A stretch of DNA of 64,000 nucleotides from Eledone cirrhosa (taxonomy: Eukaryota), in assembly GCA_964016885.1 (NCBI GenBank), contig OZ024754.1, positions 2,728,001 to 2,792,000 of the forward strand. Reading direction: 5' to 3'. Positions within the stretch are counted from its first letter, which is position 1. The number at the start of each line of letters is the position of its first letter. Below the pieces are notes generated by a model that saw only the letters and a program-made list of their open reading frames with translations, was not told where the DNA came from and did no database searches. The translations under genes were made by a program, and so were the position numbers. This document shows, piece by piece, positions 41,441 through 58,299 of this stretch.

Positions 41441-41585
41441 ATGTCATGCATATATGCATATAATATTTGCATATATATATATGTATAAATATACATGCAT
41501 GCATAAATATGTGTGCATATATATATACATATATATATACACACACACACACATATGTATATATAAATATACATGTACATGTACA

Positions 41586-41709
<124 letters not shown>

Positions 41710-42105
41710 TGTATATATATATATGTGTGTGTGTGTGTGTATAAATCTATATATATATATATATGTGCATACGTGTGTGTGTGTATGTTCGTGTTATTAA
41801 GTTATCTTTCTTTCTTTATATTTTTTTCCCCACTCTTTTATTTATGCGAGAAATGACTCTAAGTACAAATAAAAAAATATAGGAGGAAGAACGGGTGAAA
41901 CAAACCAAAAAAAATAAAAGACAAAACAAGGGGAAAACTGGGAACAGAAAGCCCCGTATAGGCACGCAAGTGTCTGACTATAGAGGGAAATATATCTTAG
42001 CATCAAACGGTGGATATATGAGATATGAAAGCTTTATTAGAAGTCTTCCGACAACAGCAGTGATGACATAGTCACGGTAGATCAAAGCTAAGAGATTCGA
42101 TATGA

Positions 42106-42161
42106 CACATGACCCTATTCCATGTAAAGAAATCACCGTCTTCATCATTTCATCAGACGTG
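42106..42161 (-). ncRNA. Degenerate hammerhead motif (GAAA to GAAU)
   Basis: CACGU-CUGAUGA-A AUG AUGAAGA..UCUUUA CAU G-GAAU-AGGG-UC-AUGUG. Confidence 0.5.
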
Positions 42162-42330
42162 GGGAAACCGATAGTGCAAAAAAGAAGCTATGGTGGCCAG
42201 GCCAAAAAGAAAAACTATATATATATATATATATGTGCACTTCCTTATATTTATTTAGATATATATATGCATATTATACACATATATATGCACTATATAT
42301 ATATACTGCATATATATGTGTACCTTTGTA

Positions 42331-42408
<78 letters not shown>

Positions 42409-42446
42409 TATATATAAATATGTTCATCTATATGTACGGGTATAGC

Positions 42447-42513
<67 letters not shown>

Positions 42514-42666
42514 GTATGTTTGTATGTATGTATGTGTATATATATATATTTGTATATACTTAATAAACAGACACGTTTTTTTTGATATTTTGTATATCTG
42601 AAGGAGTATTTGTTTTCCACTTGATTATCACAAAACATGACCAGTCTTGCATGTACTGATATCACC

Positions 42667-42779
<113 letters not shown>

Positions 42780-42799
42780 GTGTGTTTGTGTGTGTGTGT

Positions 42800-42856
<57 letters not shown>

Positions 42857-43244
42857 GGTGTATTTGTGTGTGTGTGTGTTTATATATATATATATGTAGG
42901 TGTGTTTGTGTGTGTGTGTGTTTATATATATATATATATATATATATGTAGGTGCGTTTGTGTGTGTGTGTGTGTGTGTTTATATATATATATATGTAGG
43001 TGTGTGTGTGTGTGGAATCAAAGTAGATGACTAGGTAGAACGAGATAAAGAAAAGATGGACGATGATATCCGAGACATCGGACAAAAAAAAAAAAAAACT
43101 CCACCCAGACGGTCAGGTAAACTGGGATGATTAACTAAAGGTAACATGACACCTGGTGGTGGTGGTGGGGTCCTGATGATGTTGGGAGGGGGGGGGGCTG
43201 ATGGTGGCTGAGGGTTATCATGGTGAAGCTGCTGCTGACGAGTA

Positions 43245-43557
<313 letters not shown>

Positions 43558-43711
43558 TGGAGGAGGTGGAAGGAAGGGTGAGACACGGGAGAGCGGCACG
43601 ATGAGCAAGAGGCTGAGTAAGATAAAGAGGGGGGGAGGAGAAGGAGGAGGAGGAAGAGGGGGAGGTGTATGACAGAGGAATGCTGTGGAGGAGGAGGAAG
43701 TGGGGTTGTAT

Positions 43712-43748
43712 GAGATAAAGTATCGCCAGTTGGCCGTCATCAGATCTC
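43712..43748 (-). ncRNA. Degenerate minimal hammerhead motif (GAAA to GAUA)
   Basis: GAGAU-CUGAUGA-CG GCC AACU GGC-GAUA-CU-UU-AUCUC; perfect 5-bp stem I. Confidence 0.55.
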
Positions 43749-43900
43749 CACCAACCGGAAGTTGATGGTAGATGAGAAGAGATTTAATGGTGGCCGCCTC
43801 TAGAAAGTTCTCCATCACAACTGATGATATTAATGGCAGCTGTTAGGGGATACAAGAAAGGACACAGATGGATTAGAGAATCATATATATACATATATAT

Positions 43901-43989
<89 letters not shown>

Positions 43990-44018
43990 ATTATATATAT
44001 ATATATATATATGTAATA

Positions 44019-44092
<74 letters not shown>

Positions 44093-44104
44093 ATATTATA
44101 TATA

Positions 44105-44161
<57 letters not shown>

Positions 44162-44230
44162 ATATATATATATATATTATATATATATATATATATTATA
44201 TATATATATATATATATTACATATATATAT

Positions 44231-44348
<118 letters not shown>

Positions 44349-44359
44349 CATATATATAT

Positions 44360-44585
<226 letters not shown>

Positions 44586-44719
44586 AATATATATATATAT
44601 ATATATATATGTAATATATTTATATATATATATATATATATATATGTAGGTAGAAATATATATCTATGTAACTATATATATATACATATATTTATATATG
44701 TACACATGTATATATATGT

Positions 44720-44758
<39 letters not shown>

Positions 44759-45008
44759 TATATACATATATATATATACATATATATGTATATATATATA
44801 TATATATATACATATATATATACATATATATATACATATATATATACATATATATATATACATATATATATATACATATATATATACATATATATATACA
44901 TATATGTGTCTGTGTAAGGTATCAAAATAGTGGCCGGACAACTGGACTCAAATTATGGACCTTTTACGTTAGTATTTAGAGTTACTTTTTTTATGGACAT
45001 GTGTGTGT

Positions 45009-45093
<85 letters not shown>

Positions 45094-45285
45094 TGTGTGT
45101 GTGTGTGAGTGAGTGAGTGAGTGTCTATGTGCATGTGTGCGTGTTTATGTGTGTCTATACATCTTGATTGATAGATGCATGTAATAATTGCATGTAGGCA
45201 AGTATAGATGCAGAAACATGCCTACATGTGTACATATAACTCAGAATATACAGATCTACGCCTGCTGCAATGACATCTATTGCTT

Positions 45286-45332
<47 letters not shown>

Positions 45333-45333
45333 G

Positions 45334-45369
<36 letters not shown>

Positions 45370-45425
45370 CAGAGAGAGAGAGAAGGAGAGAGAGAAATGG
45401 ACAGATGTGTGTTTACGTGTGCATA

Positions 45426-45529
45426 TACAGGGTGTCCCCAAAAAATGTATACACTCTTTGATTACCTGTACAGGCAATATTTATTAGAATGCTGTTGAGG
45501 TGTGTATACATATTTTGGGGACACGCTGT
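45426..45529. mobile_element. Tc1/mariner-type MITE
   Basis: TA-CAGGGTGTCCCCAAAA ... TTTTGGGGACACGCTG. Confidence 0.8.
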
Positions 45530-45613
45530 CTATATATATATATTAGGATCCCTATGCTATGTGAAACACCAGTAGGTATCTGTGTGTGTATATATATATG
45601 TGTGTGGTGTGTG

Positions 45614-45646
<33 letters not shown>

Positions 45647-45676
45647 CTGTGTGTGTATATATATATATGTGTGTGG

Positions 45677-45717
<41 letters not shown>

Positions 45718-45859
45718 CTGTGTGTATATATATATGTGTGTGTGGTGTGTGTATATAAATATATATATGTGTCTGTGTAGTATATATATATGTGTGTGTG
45801 GTGTGTGTATATATATGTGTGTGTGTTTGTGTGTGTATATATATATATGTGTGTGTGTG

Positions 45860-45905
<46 letters not shown>

Positions 45906-46184
45906 CTGTGTGTGTATATATATGTGTGTCTGGTGTGTGTATATATATATATGTGTGTGGTGTGTATATATATATATATGTGTGTGTGGTGTGTGTGTAT
46001 ATATATATATATATATGTGTGTGTGTGGTGTGTATATATATATATATATATATGTGTGTGTGGTGTGTGTATATATATATATGTGTGTGTGTCTGTGTGT
46101 GTATATATATGTGTGTGTAGAATGTGTATACTATACTCTGTCGTTTACACTTTGATCATTTCTGTAGCACACTAAATTTTTAGT

Positions 46185-46390
46185 GCTCCCTCCGCTGCTC
46201 TATTTAAATGTTTGGGAAGATTATTCCGTTGCACTTATGGCAAATAAAGAAATCATTATTATTATTATTATCTTCATTGTTGAATCGGTCTTGCCATTGT
46301 ACATTTTTACTCGACCTTATCGTAAACCCCCACGGTCCCTGTCTTTGCATTGTCCCCTAGATGTCGACCCTTGTGGCCAATAAATGAAAT
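46185..46390 (+). mobile_element. Two tandem LINE 3' tails followed by (ATT)n
   Basis: ..TTATGGCAAATAAAGAAATCATTATT and ..CCCTTGTGGCCAATAAATGAAATCATTATT; the second also occurs at 49215-49272 (-). Confidence 0.6.
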
Positions 46391-46780
46391 CATTATTATC
46401 ATTATGTATATCCGGCCCTGTACTGAATGCCGGAATGTCTCCTTTAATCCAGTTATGTACCAAGGGACCCTACAGTTCTATTCACCAAGTTTCTTTTCTT
46501 TCGGGCGAAAATATCCTATTCAATACAGTGACGTTCACGCCCACTTATGTCCATTCTTTCTCCCTCTCTTTCAGATATCACCAAGTCGTATCACAACTTC
46601 AATGTAAACATATATTTATATATAACAGTTCTGCTACTGTATCTCGAATCAGAGACACTTAGCTCTGATTTTCAAATAGTTCAAGAAATATGAAGAGATT
46701 TAATAAAATAACTAAACATCTCATAATTTACAGTGTTTGGAACAACTTTCAAAAATGTTTTTTATATAAAATTATTATGA

Positions 46781-46990
46781 TTTCTACTTTAAGCGCAAGG
46801 CCAGGAATGTTAATGGAGGCGAGTAAAGTCGATTAAATCGACCCCAGTGTGTTACTGGTACTTTATGTTATCGACCCCGTAAGGATGAAAAGCAAAGCTA
46901 ACATCGACAGAATTTGAACTCAGAACTTAAAGGACCGTAAAGGACCGTAACTCTACGCTGAAAAGCATGGTGCCTGACGCCCTAATGATA
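46781..46990 (-). mobile_element. SINE family 1
   Basis: Homologous to 5474-5656. Confidence 0.85.
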
Positions 46991-47039
46991 CTAAAGATAC
47001 ATATATATATATATACATATATATATATGTGTGTGTGTA

Positions 47040-47092
<53 letters not shown>

Positions 47093-47270
47093 GGATGTAA
47101 CTTTATCAAATAGCTCGATTGCTTAGCGCACAGATTAATATCTCTCAATTAACTAGAAACATGATTATTAATGGTATACAAATTAGTAAGTCTATTTCAG
47201 GATGCTGCTATAAATCATACCATTTGTCAACCACTTGGATATGCAATTCCTTGTAATTGTTTAAATGGTG

Positions 47271-47325
47271 TAAATATCTTCTGATGAGACCCTAATTAGA
47301 CTTGAAAACCTGTTAAAGGTATTTA
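47271..47325 (+). ncRNA. Type I hammerhead ribozyme motif
   Basis: UAAAUAUCUU-CUGAUGA(47281-47287)-GACCCUAAUUAGACUU-GAAA(47304-47307)-ACCUGU-UA-AAGGUAUUUA. 10-bp stem I; stem II partly mismatched. Confidence 0.8.
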
Positions 47326-47529
47326 TCACATTTTCAATATACAATGAAAGACGTAAATACGTATATAACATATATTTACATGTCTATATAGTATAAATGT
47401 TTAATTTCATACACATTCATGCTGTCTCGGTTAATTTTATTCTGTATATATACACAAATATAACTTTAGCAGATACTTTGGCTTCTTAGTACACAAATGA
47501 ATATACACGCATATATATATATATATGCG

Positions 47530-47662
47530 GATCTAGTTGTCGAAACGGCTGGAGCTCAACCGTCGGGGTCCTGAATCTTTTCATACTACCCACTCTACTA
47601 CACCAAGTATCAAGTACTCCCGTGGGTTATGGTCCACCTGGTTTTTTACCACACCCTATCTG
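47530..47662 (+). mobile_element. Cassette family B, diverged copy
   Basis: GUCGAAACGGCUGGAGCUCAACCGUCGGGGUCC plus the family tail. Confidence 0.7.
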
Positions 47663-47668
47663 ATATAT

Positions 47669-47772
<104 letters not shown>

Positions 47773-47912
47773 GTAGGTAGATACATTTATATATATATAT
47801 ATATATGTATGTTTCTCTAATGTTTATATAAACATATGTAATTATTCATATACAAATATATATATATAGACACATATGCATGCATATATGTGTATGTCTA
47901 CATATATATTAC

Positions 47913-47968
<56 letters not shown>

Positions 47969-47992
47969 ATAAAAATACAAATAAAAATATAA

Positions 47993-48063
<71 letters not shown>

Positions 48064-48650
48064 ACACACACACACATATATGCATATATTTGTATAAACA
48101 CTACCATCAAAACAAACAAACCATTGACCCTACAAGCCTGGGGTTTCAGTTGTACATTAAAAACTGATTGTTGGGGGCAAGCAAGTTGATGTGGGGGGGA
48201 TTAACAAGCAATCATCATTCACAACAACATCAACAATATCATGAAGATTAAAAATAGATAAATATATAGACAAATGAGCAAAATAAACGTAGTAAGATTT
48301 ATTTTCAGCATCCATACATTTCTAACGGATTGAATATTAAATAAATAGACAATGTAAAAGTAGATAAAATATGACTCTTACTAAATAAGTATTCGATAAG
48401 AATTTTAAAAGCCTTTCATAGTTAAAATATATCTAATACAACAAATGGAATGCATTACTTAGGAAATATCTTCACAAAAAATGTGTATATGTATATATAT
48501 ATATATATATATTCATATGTATGTATATATGTATATATATACATATATATATATATGTGTGTGGGTGTAGATATATATATGTAGATACATAGATAAATAT
48601 GTAGGTAGGTGTGTAGGTAGATAGATAGGAAGGTAGGTACATATATATAC

Positions 48651-48688
<38 letters not shown>

Positions 48689-48717
48689 CGTGGCATACAA
48701 GCATGCATACATACATT

Positions 48718-48804
<87 letters not shown>

Positions 48805-48820
48805 ATGCATGCTTACATAC

Positions 48821-48862
<42 letters not shown>

Positions 48863-49272
48863 TTTTTTTTAAATGAGTGCCGCTATAAAACAAGAGATAT
48901 ATGAAAGCATGTGCGAGATAGAAGAGAAAAAAGAAAGAAACTAACAAAGAAAGAAAGAAAGAAGCAACGAAAGAAAGAACGAAAAGTGTTTTAAACAGAA
49001 GAGAAGGAGAAGTTAAAGAGATGTAGCTGTTATACGTTGCTACTTAGATCTCTCTAGAAAGAGGTTTAAAATCTAGAAACAATAAAACCAGCTGATGGCG
49101 AAATATAGAAAAAGAATATATAAAAAACATTCAACAGTAACAACAACAACAAATAACAACAACAAACAAACTACAAATAACAACAACAAACAAACAACAA
49201 TGACAATAATAATGATTTCATTTATTGGCCACAGGGGCCGACATGTAGGGGACAATACAAAGACACAGACAG

Positions 49273-49338
<66 letters not shown>

Positions 49339-49339
49339 T

Positions 49340-49523
49340 GTTTCTACGTTAAGCACAAGGCCAGCAATAAATCAGTGCATTACTGGTACTTTATTTTATC
49401 GACCCCGTAAGGATGAAAGGCAAAGTTAACCTAGGCAGGATTTGAACTCAGAATGGCAAGGGCCGTAACTCTATGCATCAAAGTATGGCGTCCAACCCTC
49501 TACCGATACTGCCAATTCACCAC
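49340..49523 (-). mobile_element. SINE family 1
   Basis: Homologous to 5474-5656. Confidence 0.85.
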
Positions 49524-49525
49524 CC

Positions 49526-49568
<43 letters not shown>

Positions 49569-49572
49569 CACA

Positions 49573-49604
<32 letters not shown>

Positions 49605-50102
49605 GCAGCAGCAACAACCACAACAACAATAAAATATGGCGTGAAAGAAACAAAAGTTAAAATGGTCGATTTTTATCAAAAGTTTCCTTGCTATCGGAAG
49701 TGACGTAAACAAATGGATTTCTGCTGAATTTCACTGTTACCAATTATTAATGTAAATCCTGCCACCACTACCTTCTCTATTAAAACACCACCCCACCTTC
49801 TGTTCAATCGCACCATCACTCCACCATTCATCCTAGCATCCATTTTTTTTAATCCTTTCGTTTGCTTTTATTGTTGTTGTTGTTGTTGTTGTTGTTATTG
49901 TTGTTGTTGTTGTTTTTAAAATTACTTGGCGTTTATTTCATCGGCTTTTATCTACTTATTTTATTATTTTAGGAATCTTCTTTATATTTTTTTTTTTTAC
50001 ACTATTTCCTCTAAAAACACCACCACCACCGCCGCCGCCACCATTACCACCACCACAACCATCATCATCATCATCACCATCATCATCACCGTCATTATTA
50101 CC

Positions 50103-50236
50103 AGGTGGATTTGGCAGACTCGGTAGAGGGTCGGACGACGCGATGCTTTTTAGCATAGAGTTACCGCCCTTTATGGTCTGAGTTCAAATCCCGCCGAGGT
50201 TAACTTTGCCTTTCATCCTTACGGGGGTCGATAAAT
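50103..50236 (+). mobile_element. SINE family 1, 3'-truncated
   Basis: A and B boxes plus core. Confidence 0.85.
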
Positions 50237-51175
50237 ATTGAATATTGATAATAAAAAAAAACAGCACCACCACAGCTACTACCACTACCATCATCAGCAC
50301 TACCACCACAACCAGCACCACCACCACAACCACCACTACAACCACTACTACCACCACTACCACCATAATAACAACAACAATAAACACCACTACCACCACC
50401 ACAACAACAATAAACACCAGTACCACAACCACTACCACCACAACCACCACCACAACCAGCCCCACTACCACTACAACTACTAAAACAACCTGCACATCTA
50501 CCATCACCACCACTACCACTGCACCGACCAAAACAACCAGCACGACTACCACCACCACCACCACTACAACTACACCCACCAAAACAACCAGCACCACTAC
50601 CACCACCACCACTACCTCTACAACCATCAAAACAACCACCACCACTACCACCAGCACCTCTAACACTACCACTACCACCACCACAACCACCACCAATACC
50701 AGCACCACTACCACTACAACCACCAAAACAACCACCAATACGACCACCACCAGCAACAAAACCAACACCAACACCACCACCACCACCACCACTACCACCA
50801 CCACACTACCACCACAACCACCACTACTACCAAAACAACCACAACCACCACCAACACCACCACCACAACTACCACAACAACCACCACCACCACTAACACC
50901 ACCACCACCACTAACACCACCACAACTACCACAACAACCACCACCGCTACCAAAACAACCACAACCTCCACCACCACCACAACAGCAGTAGAGAGATCAC
51001 TAAGACATCTAAAAGACACTAAGTTAAGATGGCAAATGGCGGTATTGTAGCGAGAAGATCGTGGTTCGTCAATATAAAACTGGAGGTATTCCCACTAACT
51101 GTCTATTTAAAAGCTGCCATATATTGACAAGATGGCCGCAAACGACAAATTGTTTTAAATGGCAGAGTTTAATAC

Positions 51176-51258
<83 letters not shown>

Positions 51259-51287
51259 TATAGATATACATAAATATATATATAGAT

Positions 51288-51318
<31 letters not shown>

Positions 51319-51469
51319 CATACATATATATATATATACATACATATATATATATATACATATATATACATATATATACATATATATATATACATATATA
51401 TACATATATATATATACATATATATACATATATATATATACATATATATACATATATATATATATATAT

Positions 51470-51503
<34 letters not shown>

Positions 51504-51653
51504 CGCATACAAGCTTACGTGCATATGCATAAAGACAGACATATGCATATATATATATATATGTGATGCATTTATACATTTATATATATACATACATATA
51601 TATATATGTGTGTGTGTATGTGTGTGTGTGTGTGTGTATGATACATTTTTATG

Positions 51654-51747
<94 letters not shown>

Positions 51748-51775
51748 GGTTGCAAAAAAAAGAATATATATATAT

Positions 51776-51823
<48 letters not shown>

Positions 51824-52081
51824 ACATACATACATACATACATATATATACATGTATTTTTTTTTTTTCCAACCATTTTAAATGCACTAAAATGAACGCA
51901 GTAGATATATATATCTGTCGTAACTTGTCGGTTTTAGTTGGGGCAATTGCAAGTTTACGGTGTTTTCTCTTTAGTTTTAAGTGATGTTTACAAGGAAATT
52001 GTGGGGGGGGGGGGTTACAGGAGTGGGGAGGGGAGATACGTAATGGAGGGAGAAGAAGAAGAAGAAGAAGAAGAAGAAAGC

Positions 52082-52117
<36 letters not shown>

Positions 52118-52552
52118 GAGTAAGAAAGCACCAGGCTGTGCAAGTTGTAGATTTTTCAAACAATAAGTTTGTTTTTATGAGTGATTATATATGTTTGTAT
52201 GTGTATATGTATATGTATATGTATGTGTATATGTATATGTGTATATGCATATGTGTATATGTATATGTATGTGTATATGTATGTGTATATGTATGTGTAT
52301 ATGTGTATATGTATGTGTATATGTATATGTGTATATGTATGTGTATATGTATAAGTGTATGTGTATGTGTATATGTATATGTATATGTATATGTTTGTAT
52401 GTGTATATGTATATGTATGTGTATATGTATATGTGTATATGTATATGTATATGTATATGTACGTGTATATGTGTATATGTATGTGACATCTGAATGTCTT
52501 TTGTGGGTGGTTATGATTGGGCTTGCTCGTCTACAAACTTTACACACACACA

Positions 52553-52593
<41 letters not shown>

Positions 52594-52630
52594 CGGAAGT
52601 AAATTTAATAACAGATCTAAAGGCACGCGT

Positions 52631-52735
<105 letters not shown>

Positions 52736-52753
52736 CACATGTATATATGTGTA

Positions 52754-52834
<81 letters not shown>

Positions 52835-52847
52835 GTATATATGTGTA

Positions 52848-52899
<52 letters not shown>

Positions 52900-53237
52900 T
52901 AGTCACACACACACGAAAATAAGCGCACCTGCCGAAGACATAAAAGCACATATGGAGATGAGATAAAAGAGACGGGCATGAAAACTTTCCATGGAGATGT
53001 GATAGGAATGAGAGAAACGGAAGCTAAGTATACACCATGTAAATATGTTTCCACAGAACGGACGATTTAACGAGAAGAAAATATATTGAATCCGACATTT
53101 ATAACATGGCTGCCTCTTATAAGGTAGAAATCACTTTAAGAAAAAAAAAAATTATTCCAAACACACTCATGTGAAAGTTTGTTTTGAATGTTTAGACATT
53201 TTTTTTTAAATATATAATAATAATATTAAAAATAATG

Positions 53238-53400
53238 CTTTCTAATTTAGGCAAATTTTTAGCAATTGTAGGGAAGGTGGAGAACGATTAAACAAACTTC
53301 AGAATTTGACAGGCACTTTATTTTATCAACGTTCGAAGGATGGGAGGTAAGTTTGTCATTGGTGTGATTTGATCTCAGAACGTAAGGAGCCGGAATAAAT
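53238..53400 (-). mobile_element. SINE family 1, degenerate
   Basis: Diverged core CTTTATTTTATCAACGTTCGAAGGATG. Confidence 0.6.
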
Positions 53401-53861
53401 GCAAGTTAATATTGGTTTTTAATTTAAGAGTATATTTTAAGGGGTTTTAAGGGAAATAAAACAACATCAATGAAATCAACCCCAGAGCTTTGAATGTTGT
53501 TTTAAATTATCGAACCTGAAATGTTGAAGAGCCACTTTAAACTTGGTGGGATACAGAAGACAACTTAAGCGAAAAGAATTGGCATAATGTTGATGGATGT
53601 TCAAAAGACAGGCAAAAATTTCATAATGAAACGACACTAATGACTTTAAGAGAATTCTTGCACATATAAAAAACCAACAGGTGCGTGTGTTTTGATTGGC
53701 AGCATGACCCTCCCAAAGTATAACCATATATATGTGTGGGGTGGGGAGCGTGTGTGTGAGTATGTCTGTGTGTGTGTGCTAGTAAACAGAAACAACAAAA
53801 CAAACGACATAGTACAAAGAGGAAATATATTTGTTTAACTCTTGAAATAATATGAAAATAG

Positions 53862-53897
53862 TCTTACCGTTTCGGACACTAGTCCTTCCTCAGACGA
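53862..53897 (-). ncRNA. Minimal hammerhead motif, family H, diverged
   Basis: UCGU-CUGAGGA-A-GGAC UAGU GUCC-GAAA-CGGU-AAGA. Confidence 0.65.
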
Positions 53898-54283
53898 TAG
53901 CGTGAGAAGTAAAAGCTGAAAAAGAAAAGCAAAGAGTGAAAAAAGAAAGGAACGGAAAGAAGTGTATATATATATATATATATGGGGGGGGGGGGGGTAC
54001 ATACATATATATTCATATAAACGCGTACATGAGTATGTGGCTGCTGTGTTTATGCGTATGTGTGTGTCAGTGCATACACACACATGCCAGTGTGTCTGTG
54101 TGATGGAGATGGGGTATGTTCGAAATGTTCTCCTAATTTACTTATTTTTTAATAATGTCCCCCCCCCTCCCATCTCACCAATCTTCTCCCTTCATTCAGA
54201 TCTGATATTTATTTCTCTCTCTCCCTCTCCCCCTCTCCCCCTCTCTATCTATCTATCTATCTGACTATCTATCCCTATCTCTT

Positions 54284-54409
54284 TTGAGGATTTCGATTGT
54301 TGAATTTGTTTGTTTAAAATTTTTTTTTACACGATTGTATGTAAAATCCCCGGCATAGGTCTTTGTATTGTCCCCTTTTCTTGTGCACCCTTGTGGCTAA
54401 TAAAGAAAT
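54284..54409 (+). mobile_element. LINE 3' UTR tail in a (TCTA)n tract
   Basis: Same family as 31640-31759. Confidence 0.7.
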
Positions 54410-54452
54410 CTATCTATCTATCTATCTATCTGTCAATCTATCTATCTATGTA

Positions 54453-54483
<31 letters not shown>

Positions 54484-54577
54484 ATATCCATCTCTCACCC
54501 TCTCCCTCTCTCTCTCTATCTATCTATCAATCTATCTATGTATCTATCTACCTATATATCCATCTCTCTCCCTCTCC

Positions 54578-54615
<38 letters not shown>

Positions 54616-54690
54616 CTATCTATGTATCTATCTATCTATCCATAAGTTATCTATCTATATATATATCCATCTCTCTCCCTCTCCCTCCCT

Positions 54691-54726
<36 letters not shown>

Positions 54727-54962
54727 CTCATCTTTGACAGATCCATTGTCGAGATCTACATTCTACAAATTGATGTCACTTTAAATGCTATCTCAGCTGA
54801 AGTTCTTTTACCATTTATTTAGCTTTCCTTATAAGGTGTTGTTGATTTTTTGTTGTTGTTTTCTTTTTGTTTGTTTTTTGGTTTGCTATTGCAACGTAAC
54901 GACAAATACAATTCTGGTTATGCAGATGATCACATTCATACACACATACACACAGACACACA

Positions 54963-55008
<46 letters not shown>

Positions 55009-55121
55009 CACACACACACACAGACACACACAGACATACACAGACACACACACGCACACACACACACACACACAGGCACACACACACACACACATAAATA
55101 ATGTGTGTGTGTATATATATG

Positions 55122-55171
<50 letters not shown>

Positions 55172-55195
55172 AATAGATAGATAAAATGTGTATAC

Positions 55196-55237
<42 letters not shown>

Positions 55238-55729
55238 CGTATGTATATATAATGTATGGTATATATTTTGTATATATATTAATGATAGTGGCGTTGTATA
55301 TGTATGTATATATATATATATATATGTATGTATATATAATGTATGTATATATATATATATATATGTATATATAATGTATGTATATATATATGTGTATATA
55401 TATTAATAATAGTGGCGTTGTATATGTATGTCTATATATATGTATATATGTATGTATATATAATGTATGTGTACATATATATATATGTGTGTATATATAT
55501 TAATGATAGCGGCGTTGTATATGTATGTCTATATATATATATATATGTATGTAATAATTATATATTTGTGAGGTTTTGTGTTAAAAAGCAGATTTTAGAC
55601 AAATCTGAAGATATATATTTTGCCGTGTGAAGTGTTTAACTTCCTTCTGACCCCTCTTGTCATATTCTTACTTTCCCCTATATCTATTTATCTCCACACT
55701 AACATCTAACACACACAACATACAGACAG

Positions 55730-55846
<117 letters not shown>

Positions 55847-55897
55847 GGTTAAATGTCTATGAATATATACTTATATATATATATATATGTGTGTGTG

Positions 55898-55940
<43 letters not shown>

Positions 55941-56012
55941 GTTTGCATATTTATGCACATACATTTATATATATATATTTTATATACATACATATATATA
56001 TATATATATGTC

Positions 56013-56072
<60 letters not shown>

Positions 56073-56152
56073 TATATACATATATATATATACACTAGTA
56101 TATAGGCGTCTGTTTATGACTACACACATATTCTCTCTCTCTCTCTCTCTCT

Positions 56153-56209
<57 letters not shown>

Positions 56210-56223
56210 AGGTGGTGAAGGAC

Positions 56224-56720
56224 AGAACTTCGATTTTTAAAGTAGGTTTATAATTATCAATTTTCGTTATACTTTTGTAGATGTCTCGGTGGCCTAGTTG
56301 GAGGAGTCATAGACGCTGGTGATCCTGGTCTGAAGTTCGATCCTGGTCGGGAGTAGGGGTTCCCGGTAAACCTTTTCAGTTTTTTTCTATTGGTTGTAAA
56401 ATAAAAACTGAAAAAGGTTACATGCACCTCTTGACCAGGATTGAACCCCAGACCAGGATCTCCACCGTCTCTAGTATCTACCACTGGGCCACGGAGACAA
56501 CTACGAAAGACTCATTAAGATTCATACTTATAAACCTACTTTCAAAATTTTCACTACAAAGTGCTGTGGTGTCGTTCATGCCTTTCCTAATGTTATTGCT
56601 CCTACTTAAGGTCAACTTCTAAATCATTTGGGTGTTCCATAAACTACATCCTCGTTTTGTTTCTCATCTATCTAGACTACATGTTAACCTGTAATCCATG
56701 TTTCATTTCTGTTGCACCTC
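56224..56720. mobile_element. Second, inverted copy of the double tRNA-like foldback element
   Basis: Reverse-complement match to 19645-20130. Confidence 0.8.
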
Positions 56721-56815
56721 ATTTCTCCACCTACTCCTCTCTCTGTGATTTGGGCTTCCTTTATTCGTATATATATATGTTTTTACATGTCAGATTCAAA
56801 TGTACAATCATTGGC

Positions 56816-56863
<48 letters not shown>

Positions 56864-56867
56864 CGTG

Positions 56868-56903
<36 letters not shown>

Positions 56904-56910
56904 AATATAA

Positions 56911-56957
<47 letters not shown>

Positions 56958-56964
56958 AATATAA

Positions 56965-57006
<42 letters not shown>

Positions 57007-57286
57007 CTTCCTCATTCTCATTCATTTTATGTCACTTCCTATAAACTCCAACGCCCGCTAATTAATTATTTGTCTCTCTATTTCTCCCTTACAGCACTCC
57101 CTACCTCTCTCTTTCTCTCTTACAACACTCTCTATCTCTCTTCCTTTCTCCTCCTCTTCTTTTCCCTCTGCTTCTCACGTTCAACCAACATCCTTTTTTT
57201 AAACATTCTACCGTGTCCGTTTAACATTTTACCTCTCTCCGTCACTTACCATATAGTCTTCCTCCCACACATATATATATATATAT

Positions 57287-57324
<38 letters not shown>

Positions 57325-57377
57325 ACACACATACACACACACACACACACACATATTTATATTTTAAAAAATAGAGG

Positions 57378-57410
<33 letters not shown>

Positions 57411-57431
57411 ATTATATATATATCATATATT

Positions 57432-57463
<32 letters not shown>

Positions 57464-57566
57464 CATATATATCTGTATATATTTGTAAATATGTATAAAA
57501 ATATATATGTATATATATATATATATAACCCATGTGCAACCACGCAGTATTCATTCTTCTCATGTT

Positions 57567-57617
<51 letters not shown>

Positions 57618-58003
57618 GCTCCTTAAACGATACCTACACACCTTGACACATTCTCTCACGCCTGTTTGCAGTTTTTATTTTATTTATAGATGTCCAGCAA
57701 AAACTCACACGCACTCTCACACACACACACACACAAACACACGCACTCACACACACACACGCACTCTCACACACACACGCACTCTCACACACACACACAC
57801 ACAAACACACGCACTCACACACACACACGCACTCTCACACACACACGCACTCTCACACACATATATAGGTGTTATGTAGTTATGTATGACATTACATATA
57901 TGTGTGTGTTAATGTAACCACCATCTCGTCAGGCTCTTCAACTTTGACATTGGTTTTTAACAATCTTCTGGCTTCAAGTCCATTACTCTATATATGTATT
58001 ACA

Positions 58004-58032
<29 letters not shown>

Positions 58033-58034
<2 letters not shown>

Positions 58035-58124
58035 GGAACGAGTAGGACCCCGACGGCTGAGCTCAAGCCGTTTCGACGGCTAATTCTGGACTTACCACAT
58101 TTCCTTACCACATTTCCTTCGTTA
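58033..58124. mobile_element. Cassette family B remnant
   Basis: Inverted arm joined to the last part of the tail. Confidence 0.7.
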
Positions 58125-58147
58125 TATATTATATATATATATATATA

Positions 58148-58249
58148 CGTTATTCCGGGTTGAATCGGAGGTAACCACAGTAAGTATGGTACTCAATACA
58201 TAGCAGAGTATAACAGTTTTAATATAGATGAGATTAATATAGAATCTCA

Positions 58250-58254
<5 letters not shown>
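58148..58254 (-). mobile_element. Cassette family A 3' tail with small hairpin
   Basis: Matches 17413-17500. Confidence 0.75.

Positions 58255-58277
<23 letters not shown>

Positions 58278-58299
<22 letters not shown>

Noticed and set aside
48126-48178. Possible CpG-decayed hammerhead (CCAACAA box) on the minus strand
   Set aside because: Three core changes would be required.
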